Assembly (NCBI GenBank): GCA_028826165.1
Contig: JAPDFW010000063.1
Coordinates: 558,001-622,000, forward strand
Direction of reading: 5' to 3'
Source: Anaeramoeba ignava BMAN
Lineage: Eukaryota > Protista > Anaeramoebae
Length of the DNA stretch: 64,000 nt
Position 1 is the first letter of the stretch. Every line of letters begins with the position of its first letter. Under the pieces are notes generated by a model. That model worked only from the letters and a program-made list of their open reading frames with translations, was not told where the DNA came from and searched no databases. Shown in pieces: positions 38,901 to 50,300 of this stretch. The position numbers and the translations under genes are program-made.

Positions 38901-40243
38901 TTTCCTCAATTTCAATAACAACTCAAAATGTTCCAGCTCCTTCAAATATTCAATTAATTTCTAAAATTGAAGAAATTGGAATAATCTTCTCTGAATTATC
39001 AAGAGTTCAAGCTTATTTGATTTCAGTTAATAATGGAACAGATTGGGAAGATTTTACAACAATCTATTCAAATGAAATTGAAATGATTGGAACTAAAAGT
39101 GGATTATCAGGAAATTATGAATATCAAGTTTCGATAAGAGGATGCACTGATTCAAGTTGTGAAACTCAATATTTAGGATTAGCTAGTTCATCAATTCCAA
39201 TTAAACCAAAATTAGGAAATGTTACTTCATTTAATTGTGTTGCAGATGTATGTGGAGCTAATTGTAGTTGGGATAAATTGGAATTATCAGAAGGATTAGA
39301 AGCATATTCGTTATCTTATAATTCTGAATCAATATGCATATCAAAATCATTGACAAATTATCCAATTCCAAATTTAATTGGAGATTTAACTTATGAAATT
39401 TCAATATTTGCATCTGCTGATCCAGATTGTAAAACAAATGATTATTCAGGAATAAATTCAACAACATCAATTAAAACACTTCCTCTTCCAGCTCCTTCAA
39501 TTATTGATTCAATTTCCAAAATTGAAGAAATTGAACTAATTTTCTCTATTGAGCATCAAGAATTAACAAAATCTTATTTAATTTCAACTAATAATGGATT
39601 AAGTTGGGGATATTTCACATCAATTGAATTAAACGGAAGTCAAGTTATTGGAACTAAAAGTGAATTACCAGGAAATTATGAATATGAAGTATTAATAAGA
39701 GGATGTACTGATCCAAGTTGTGGAATGGATTATTTAGGATTAGTTAGTTCATCAATTCTAATTAAACCAAAATTAGGAAATATTACTTCATTTAATTGTG
39801 TTCCAATAATTTATGGTTTTGAATGTAGTTGGGATCAATTAGGATTATCATTAGGATTAAAAGGATATTCGTTGTCTTATAATTCTGAATCAGTTTGTTT
39901 ATCAACAAAAGAAACAAATTATTCAATTTCAAATTTAACAGCAGGAATAAATTATGAAATTTCAATATTTGCATCTGCTGATCCAAATTGTGAATCAAAT
40001 GATTATTCAGGAATAAATTCAACAACATCAATTCAAACTTTAGCTCCAACAGAAAATGCTAGTGATTCAATAGATAAAAAAGTTGTTACAATTGCAGTTG
40101 TTGTTCCTATTGGTACTATTATTATTATTGCTGGTATTGCTTTTTTGATTCATGGACATCATACAAAAATCAAAAAAATAAAAATTCAAAACAAAAAGGA
40201 ACTTGGATTTGATTCAGGATTTGAATGGGCAAAAGTTAATTAA
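35971..40243 (+). CDS. Type I membrane protein: signal peptide, beta-propeller repeats (as in the 23811 gene), Cys-containing FN3-like stalk, TM helix, short basic tail; +1 frame break at ~38799
   Basis: ORFs 35971-38964 and 38780-40243 join into one protein when one base is removed (DDSGIY|QSSSTNQLF, aligning to paralog EEEYQTTQLYQNF). TM: VVTIAVVVPIGTIIIIAGIAFLI. Confidence 0.8.
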
Positions 40244-40331
40244 TCAATTAATTAATTAAGGAACAAAATCTTTTCAAAAAAAAAATTTTTTTCTCTTTTT
40301 CATTTTTTCATTTTTTTCTTTTCAAATCAAA

Positions 40332-42115
40332 ATGAAGGAATTAAAACAAACTTTTCTTTTAATTTTAATTTTAATTTTAATAATAATTTCAACTTCAAAA
40401 CAAGATTCAACAACAGAAGAAAAAGAAAAAAGAAAAAAAGAAAAAGAAGAAATCCCAAATCATTTATGGAGAAGTTTATACACAAAAAGAACAGGAGATG
40501 CTTTACTTGAACATATAACAGATTTATTAGATTCAAGTATGATTGTGATTAAGAAAGGAATAGGGAAACCAAGAACAATAAACACAACAATACATCAAGC
40601 AACAAATCAAATAGCAAATTGGATTGGATTATTTCCAATTTCAGATGAAGATGAAGAAAAAGAAAAGTTTAAATCCAATATTTACTGATTCAATTATTGA
40701 TTCAGATATTAATTCAGATATTGATTCAAAAAACTTGGCAAATGTTGTTAGAGCAAATTTATTGATTACAATTCCTTCTTTTGGAAAAGGATATTTGAAA
40801 AATCACAAGGAATTGGAATTTATCAACAAAATTATGAATGAAAATGTTATTTTGGATTTCCAAACAAGAGATAAAAAAATATTCTCACAAGATGCAGCTT
40901 CAGTATTAACCACTTTTTTAACAGGAAAATATCCAAAAGATCATGGAATTATGTCAGGATTTTGGGCAAGAAATGATCCACCTTTAAATGCAAATTTACA
41001 GGAATTATTGCAGCAAGTTTATAAGAATTTATCAACAATAGTTTCAGTTTCTTCACTTAAAGAATATGCCAAAATTTCATCAATAAGACAAGAAATTATT
41101 AATAATGTTGAAACCAAAAGCTTCATTTCTTTTTATGAACACAAAGATAAAAAAATGAAAGGTTTTCTTGATTTGGAACTTAAAAATATTATATCCCAAT
41201 TAAAAGATCATTTGTTTGCTGATTTTATTAAAGATGGCGGTTTAGTTTTCCACAATTACAATGACAATCAACTTGTTATCAAGAATGACAAATTGGATAT
41301 TAATGTTGTTTATGATTTGAATGTTGAAGAACAAGCTCAATTTGTTGCTGAATTAATTTTGTTAAACCAACTTTTAGTTTTTAATCCAATAAGAGATGCT
41401 CAAGAAATAAAATATCCAGATTTTTGGACAATTAGTTTTGGATCTTTACTTTATTTTGAAAGAAGAACTCCAATATTCAACAATTCAACTAAATTAATGG
41501 ATTATTCAATTCAATTTGTAAATCAATTAAAAAAATTTCAATTAAAAAAATTCAATTAAAAAATTTCAATTAAAATTTTTTTAGTTAATTGATCATTTCA
41601 ACAAAGTTTATAACTCAAAAACTGCTATTGAAATTTTAATAACTGGTTCTGAAGTTCCTAGTTATAAAAACAAAAAAAGTATTGGCAAAATTATTTTTGA
41701 TATGTTTGGTGCTCATCTTAGAACTGATTTGCAAAAAACACAAGAACTTCTCCCAGTAATTTATCTTAAAGAAGACCGTTTAAAGTTTAAACAAGAAGGT
41801 TGTCATAAAATTCGGGACTTTTTAAAAAAACATCATTTTGGATTTGAAGTTCATTGTTTTGTTGATCATGAAGAATTTTTAGAACAAGAAACTCATCCTT
41901 TATTATTATCAAAACATAAACCAATTAAAAAAGATTCAAATGATCCAAATGAAAAGAATCAAGTTCATGATATTGAAGAAAATTCATTTGATATTTCAAC
42001 TTTTAGTTTTACAGTTCTTTTAATAATACTTTCTTTTATAACAATAGGAGTTTTTTGTGGAACAAAAATGATTCAACAAAAAATAGTAACTGAACCAAAA
42101 GAAAAAGAACAATAA
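40332..42115 (+). CDS. ATP6AP2/(pro)renin-receptor-like type I membrane protein with an alkaline-phosphatase-superfamily-like segment; +1 frame break at ~40671, intron 41518-41584
   Basis: Signal peptide. RANLLITI, FVAELILL, PDFWTISFGSL and FNKVYNSKTAIEIL resemble ATP6AP2 LSELQVL/SPDLYSLELAGL/LYGGNAVVEL. Insert TTFLTGKYPKDHGIM. C-terminal TM. Confidence 0.5.
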
Positions 42116-42196
42116 GAAACAAAAAACAAATAAGAACAAAAAAGCAAATAAAAAAGTTCTTAATTTTTTATTTTGAATTTTTTATTTTTAATTTTT

Positions 42197-44663
42197 TTAA
42201 TTGCAATTCCAAATCTTAATAAGGCAATCAACTGAACCAGTTGCAATTTGAGGAAGTTTTTTATTCATATCTAAAGCTTGAACAAAATGATCATGAGCAT
42301 CATTAATTGTTCTAATACAACGAGAATTTGATAAATCCCATATTTTTATTGAACGATCATCAGAAACACTTATTAAAAATTTTCCACAAGGATGAAAAAC
42401 AATTGAACGAACCCAATTTTCATGACCTGATAAAATAAGAACACATTCTTTTGTTTCTAAATTCCAAATTCTAATACTTTTATCTCTTGATCCAGTAGCA
42501 AGAAAAGGATTATTTATAAAAGGTGAATTTTTTTCCTTTTATTTTTTTTTTAATCCGTTTTAATTCAAAAAATTTTTTTTATTATTATTTTTATTATTAT
42601 TTTTACATGTTTAATTTCAATAAATTCGTTTGTTGTTTGAGGAGAAAAAGCTAAACATTCAACAACATTTTCATGACCAGAAAGAACTGAAATACATTTA
42701 TTTGAAGCTAAATCCCAAATTCTTGCTGTCTATTAAATAATAAAAAAAAATGTCAAAAAAAGTGGAACAAAAAAATTTAAAAAGAAAAAATCTACTTTAT
42801 CATTTGAACAAGATGCAAATATTGTTCCATCTGAATTAACAGCAACTCTTCTAACCCAATCATCATGATCCTCAAAAGTAAACAAACAAAGACCAGTAGA
42901 AAAATCCCATAACTTAATAGTATTATCACGAGAACAAGAAATAACTTGTGGTTTTTTAGGAACAAAAGCAACTCCAGAAACATTGTGTTCATGGCCTGTC
43001 AATGTCTTTATACAATTCCAATCTCTTTGTGAATCATAGACTTTGACACTCATGTCAGCGCTACTTGTCACTAAAAATTTACCATCTTCATTCCAATCAA
43101 TGTCTTGAACAATATTTGTGTGTCCTTTTACAGATTCAATCATTTCTCCAGATTCAATGTCCCATATTTTTGTTGTTGCATCTTCGCTGACAGTAGCAAC
43201 TAAACTAAATACTGGATGATATTTAACTGCCATTATAGGTGATTTATGTCCTTTTAATATTATTTTTGCTGGTGATGTAGGTATAAAATCTGTTTTTGTT
43301 TCTTGTTTTTGTCCTAATGATGTATGACTTAAATCATCTTGTAATCTTGTAATTTGATTTTCTAAATCTACAATCTTTTCAATATTTTAAATAATATATT
43401 TAAAATAATATAAAAATAAATATTTAAATAAAATAAAATATTTAAAATAAAATAATATAAATATTTAAAATAAATATAATAAATAAAATAAAAATAAAAA
43501 TATAAATATTTAAAATAAATATAAATATTTAAAATAAATATAAAATATAAAAATAAAAATAATATATTTAAAAAAAAAAAAAATAATATATAAAAAAAAA
43601 TAAAATAAATATTTAAAAAATAAAATAATATATTTAAAATAAAAAAATAAAAATATTTAAATAAATATAAAAATATAAAAAAAATATAAATATAAATATA
43701 AATATAAAATATAAAATAATAAAAAAAAAAAATAAATTAAAATAAAAATATAAAAATAAATATAAATATAAATATAAATATAAATATAAATATAAATATT
43801 TAAAAATAAAAATAAAAATAAATATAAATATAAAAATAAAAAAAAAATAAAATATATAATAAATATAAATATTTAAAATAAATATAAATATAAAAAAAAA
43901 ATATAAAATAAAAAAATAAATATAAAATAAAAAATAAATATAAATATTTAAAATAAATATAAATATTTAAAAATAAATATAAATATTTAAAATAAATATA
44001 AATATTTAAAATAAATATAAATATTTAAAATAAATATAAATATAAAAATAATAAAAATATAAATATAAAATATTTAAATATAAATATAAATATAAATATA
44101 AATATAAATATAAATATAAATAAATATAAATATAAATATAAATATAAATAAAAATAAAAATAAAAATATAAAATATAAATATAAATATAAATATAAATAT
44201 TTAAATAAATATAAATATAAATATTTAAAATAAATATAAATATAAATATAAATATAAATATAAATATAAATATAAATATAAATATAAATATAAATATTTA
44301 AAATAAATATAAATATTTAAAATAAATATAAATATAAATATAAATATAAATATAAATATTTAAATATTTTCATTATACTTTTCTTTGTAATCGAATAATT
44401 GAATTCCATTTTCTTTCAAGTAATCCTTTTTTAGCTTTTTCATTTTCAATTTTTGCTTCAACTGCAAATTCTTTTGCAGCATCTTTAAAATTATTTTCTT
44501 CTAAATATCCAAATATTGAAAGAAATCTATTTTTTATATTTTTTATTTTTATATTTTTATATTTTTTAATTTTCTATTTGAATAAATAAATTTTTAATTT
44601 ATTCTACAATTCTTTTTGTTGTTTATTGCTTAAAGTAGAACGAATTTTTTTCTTTTCATTCAT
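42197..44663 (-). CDS. PAFAH1B1: LIS1 (LisH, coiled coil, WD40), dynein regulator, 5 exons
   Basis: Exons 44663-44608, 44526-44379, 43374-42796, 42729-42607, 42535-42197. [25 protein letters not shown]|[48 protein letters not shown]. Confidence 0.93.
43380..44370. repeat. G/C-free (AAATAT)n-type array filling LIS1 intron 2
   Basis: About 1 kb of A/T only, with TATAAA/AAATAT periodicity. Confidence 0.9.
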
Positions 44664-45011
44664 TTTTTATTATTGAAAAAAAATTTATTTTATTTTATTT
44701 AGAAAAAATTAAATTAAAAAGAAAAAAAATGAAAAAAAAAAGAAGAAAAAAAAAAATAAATTTTTAATTAAAAAAAAAAGGAGAAAAAAAGCAAAAAAAA
44801 AAATTAAATACGTGGAAAATAAAATAAATAAAAAAAATAAATTAAAAAATCATTTTTTTCATTTTTTATTCTTTTTGTTTTATTTTCCCATTATTTCTTT
44901 TTATTATTTGTCTTGTTATTTTATTTTATTTTATTTGAAAATTTTTAATTTAAAAAAAAAAAAAAAAGTTGAAAAAAAAAATTTTTTAAAATTGATCACA
45001 ATTATAAAAAA

Positions 45012-47054
45012 ATGAGTATTTGTGTAGATTCGTTAAGAGACACATTTTTATGTGATTCTGATGAAGAAGAAACTGAAACTATTATTAGTTCTGATGATGA
45101 CAATGATCTTCATGTTGATCATGTTGTTGATCATACTTTTATTGATATTGTTGATAATTTTTCTAATTCAAAAAAACAAGAAAAACATTCTTTTCAATTT
45201 CCTATTTTAACTTTTTCTGAAAGTGAAGATGAAGATGATAATAAAAGTAAATTTTTTATTTTTATAATTTTAATTGAAAAAAAAAATAGCAAAAAAAATC
45301 ATAAAAATTTTTCCTTTTTTTTCCTTTTTTTAAATTATTTAAAAATTCATTTATAAAATTAAAATTAAAATTAAATTTAAAATTAAAATTCATTTATAAA
45401 ATTAAAATTAAAATTAAAATTAAAATTAAAATTTAAAATTAAAATTAAAATTAAAATTAAAATTAAAATTAAAATTAAAAATTAAAATTAAAATTAAAAT
45501 TAAAATTAAAATTAAAATTAAAATTAAAATTAAAATTAAAATTAAAATTAAAATTAAAATTAAAATTAAAATAGAAATGTTATCAAATAGACATAAACAA
45601 ACCGTAAAGTTACTATTTAAGAAATCACAAAATAAACCACATTATGAATTACAAAAATTAGAAAACAGAAGAAATTCAACAAGTACATTATTTGTTGATA
45701 ATACTTTAACATCACCAGATATTTATTTAGTTGTTGAATGCTTATCAAAAGCAATTCTTTGTTATATAAAAAATGAAAAAGAAAAAGAAAAAGAAAATGA
45801 TCCATTTTTAATTTTTAATGAAGAAATTCATCCAATTTCTGTATTTATTTTAATTTAAATTTTGAATTAATTTTTATTTTAATTTAAATTTAAATTTTTA
45901 TTTTAATAGAGAAATCCTCCAAAATCTTTTTATATTCCAAATGAAAATTTTATTCAAAGATTTTTTGCAGCTATTTTTAAAGGAGCAAATGTAATTTTTT
46001 ATTTTTATTTTTTATTTAAAATTTCAAAATAAAATTTAATAATTAAATAAATAATTAAATAAATATAAATAGTTAAGTCCAGAAATTTTAGTTATAATGC
46101 TTGTTTATATTGAGAGATTAATTCAAAATACAAAAATAATAATTAATCCAAAAAATTGGAGAAGAGTTTGTATTTCTGCTTTAGTTTTAGCAACAAAAGG
46201 TAAAATTTAAAATTAATTTATAAAATTAAAAATAAAATTAAAATTAAAATTAAAATTTAAAATTAATATTAAAATTAAAAATAAAATATTAAAATTAAAA
46301 ATTAAAATTAAAATTAATAATTAAAATCAAAAATTAAAATTAAAATAAAATTAAAATTAAATAAAATTAAAATTAAAATTAAAATTAAAATTAAAATTAA
46401 AATTAAAATTTAAAAATTAAAATTAAAATTAAAATTAAAATTAAAATTAAAATTAAAATTAAAATTAAATTTAAAATAAAATTAAAATTAAAATTAAAAT
46501 TTAAAATTAAAATTAAAATTAAAATTAAAATTAAAATTAAAATTAAAATTAAAATTAAATTAAATTAAATAAATTTGATAAATTAAATAGAAATCAAAAT
46601 TAAAATTAAAATTAAAATTAAAATTAAAATTAAAAATAGTTTGGGATGATTTTGCAATAAGAAATGTTGATTGGACAAGTTTATTTCCAAGAATTGATTT
46701 ACAAGATTTAAATGAATTAGAACAAACTTTATTAAATTTAATTGATTATAATGTTCTTGTAACAGCAAGTGTTTATGCAAAATATTATTTTGAATTAAGA
46801 GCATTAAGTGAATTTGATAATAAAATATTTCCTTTAGCTCCTTTAGATAAAGAAGAACAAGAAAGATTAGAAGTAATTATTAATTATTTTAATTTAAATT
46901 TTAAATTTAATTTTTAATTTTAATTTTAATTTTTTAGTCACGTTCTTTATTAACTGAACAGAAAAAGAAATTTTTTAGAAATAAAAAAGATTTCTCAAGT
47001 GATTCAAAATTAGATGTGAAAAAAAATTCACCAGCTTTTATCAAACATGTTTAG
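45012..47054 (+). CDS. CCNY: Cyclin Y-like, 6 exons
   Basis: Exons 45012-45246, 45575-45840, 45910-45990, 46073-46199, 46640-46872, 46938-47054. NSTSTLFVDNTLTSPD, IFNEEIHPI, LVYIERL, NWRR..LATK|VWDD, NELEQ..YNV..SVYAKYYFELR. Confidence 0.9.
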
Positions 47055-47378
47055 GTTTTTCTTGTTTTTCTTGTTTTCTTGTTTTCTTGTTTTCTTGTTT
47101 TTGTTTTTGTTTTTGTTTTTTCCTTTTAAAAAAAAAATAATAAATTAAAAAAAGAAAAGAATTTTATTTTTCAATTAATAATGAAATTAATAAATCAATA
47201 AAAAAGTGGAATGAAATTTTTGATTTTGTTTTTTATTTTCTTTTCTTAATTTTTGAATTGAAAAAAGGGTAAAAAAAAGAATTGAAAAAAAGAATTGAAA
47301 AAAAGGAAAAGAAAAGAAAAGAAAATTTGTTCCTTTTTGTTGTTATTGTTATTGCTTGTTTTTGTTTTTGTGATTGAA

Positions 47379-50300
47379 TTAAACATCATTTGAAAGTTCA
47401 ATTTCTTGATTTTGATTTTGATTTTTATTCTTTGATTTTTTTGAACGTTTTCTTAACCAAATGATAACAACAATGATAATAGCAATAACAATAATAGGAA
47501 CAAGAACTGCTGGAATAACTACTTTTGTATCTGTTGAACTATCATTAGCTTCTTCTGTTGGTGAAGGAATAGTTGTAATTGAAGTTGATGAAGATAATCC
47601 TGAATATTGATTTGTTTCACATCTCCAATCAGCAGATGCAAATATTGAAATTTCATAATTTTCTCCTCCAATTAAATTGAAAATTGAAAATTTTGTTAAT
47701 GATTTTGCCAAACAAATTGATTCAGAATTATAAGATAACGAATATCCTCTTAATCCATTTGATAATTCTAATCCATTCCATTCACATTCAAATCCACAAA
47801 TTGTTGGATTACAATTTAATCCTGTTATATTCCCTAATTTAGGTTTAATTGTAATTGTTGAACTTGGATATCCTGCATATTCAACTGTACAACTTGTATC
47901 AGTACATCCTCTAACTGAAATATAATAATCAACATTTCCAGATAATTCATTTATTGTTCCAATCATTTCATTTCCATTTGAAATTAATGTTGTGAAATTT
48001 ATCCAACTCATTTTTCCATCAATTGAAACTAAATATGATTTTGCTTCAGATACTTGTGAGAAAGTTAATTTGATTTGTTCAATTTCAGAATAAGATTGAA
48101 CATTTGAAGGAGCAGGCAACATATTAGTTGTAACTGAAGTTGATGAAGATAATCCTGAATATTCATTAAATGAACAATTTAAATCAGCAGATGCAAATAT
48201 TGAAATTTCATAATTTTCTCCTCCAATTAAATTGAAAATTGAATAATTTGTTAATGATTTATCCAAACAAATTGATTCAGAATTATAAGATAATGAATAT
48301 CCTCTTAATCCATTTGATAATTCTAATTCATTCCATTCACATTCAAATCCACAAATTGTTGGATTACAATTTAATCCTGTTATATTCCCTAATTTAGGTT
48401 TAATTGTAATTGTTGAACTTGGATATCCTGCATATTCAACTGTACAACTTGTATCAGTACATCCTCTAACTGAAATATAATAATCAACATTTCCAGATAA
48501 TTCATTTATTGTTCCAATCATTTCATTTCCATTTGAAATTAATGTTGTGAAATTTATCCAAGTTAATTGATTATCGATTGAAACTAAATATGATTTTGCT
48601 TCAGATAATTTCGTGAAAGTTAATTTGATTTGTTCAATTTCAGAATAAGATTGAACATTTGAAGGAGCAGGTAATTCATTAGTTGTAACTGAAGTTGATG
48701 AAGACAATCCTGAATATTGATTAAATGAACAATTTAAATCAGCAGATGCAAATATTGAAATTTCATAATTTTCTCCTCCAAGTAAATCTGAAATTGAATA
48801 ATTTGTTAATGATTTATCCAAACAAATTGATTCAGAATTATAAGATAATGAATATTTTTCTAATCCATTTGATAATTCTAATCCATTCCATTCACATTCA
48901 AATCCACAAATTGTTGGATTACAATTTAATCCTGTTATATTCCCTAATTTAGGTTTATTTGTAATTGTTGAACTTGCTATTCCTAAATATTGAGGTTCAC
49001 AACTTGTATCAGTACATCCTCTAACTGAAATATAATAATCAACATTTCCAGATAATTCATTTATTGTTCCAATCATTTCATTTCCATTTGAAATTAATGT
49101 TGTGAAATTTATCCAAGTTAAATGATTATCAATTGAAACTAAATATGATTTTGCTTGAGATACTTGTGAGAAATTTAATTTGATTTGTTCAATTTCAGAA
49201 ATTGATTCGATAATATTAGGATGAGGAATCTCTGCAATTCTTATTGTTTTTGATGAAATAATTCCACATACTCCATTTGAAGAACAAGCAGAAACATTAA
49301 TTTGATAATATTGATTTGGAAGTTTAACTGTAAAATTTTGATATAATTGAGTTGTTTGATATTCTTCTTCATCTTCAAATGAATATGATTTATAAGTGAT
49401 ATTATAATAAGAAGGTGATTGAGAACCTTCAGGAGCAAGCCAAGAACAATCAATATCTAAAACATTTGAAACTAAACATTTAAGATTTAAAACAGGTCCA
49501 AATCCAACTTGAACTATATCACCAACACTTTCTCCTTCATCATCTCCAGAACATGAAGGTGTTCTACAACCCCACATCGCAACTTCACATTCATTTCCAG
49601 ATTCTAATCCAGTAATTTGATAAGAAGTTGAAGTATTATCAACATCCAAATATCCAGCAAATTTCATATTTTCACACAAATAACCTATTACGTAATGATC
49701 AAGATGAGGAACTTCTTCAATAATTTCTACATTAGGTATATTCCATGAAACATTAATAGAATCTGATAATCCAATTAATTCAAAATCTTTAACACCATCA
49801 ATCATTGTTTTCAAAGTTGTTGATTCTGAAGGACTTCCACATTCATCTTCTGTTAAATTACAAGCTTGAAGTTGAATTGAATATTCTTTATTTCCATAAA
49901 TTCCTGAATAAACTGAAGAATTAAATTCTTGATAGAAAACATTTTCTGATGAATCAAAAACAGGATTTATAATTTGAGTATAACCATTTCCATAATCAAT
50001 TTGGAAATAAAGAGAAACATTATTTTCAGGTTGATTCCAATAACATTCAAATTCTGAATATCCAGAAGTACAATTTATTAATTCAACTAAAGGAGGAATA
50101 AGAGGAGGGATATATGTTCTATTAAAATAGGAAACTTCTCCTGATTGAGGAGCTGAAACAAGAAGAATATCTCCTGAAATTGAAACATCAGTTCCAAAAC
50201 TAGTTGCACCTGAAAGTACATATTCTTCATTCCAATCTGATTCAGAATAACTATAGATATATACTTCATCTGTTAAATTAGCTCCAACAACAACTCTATT

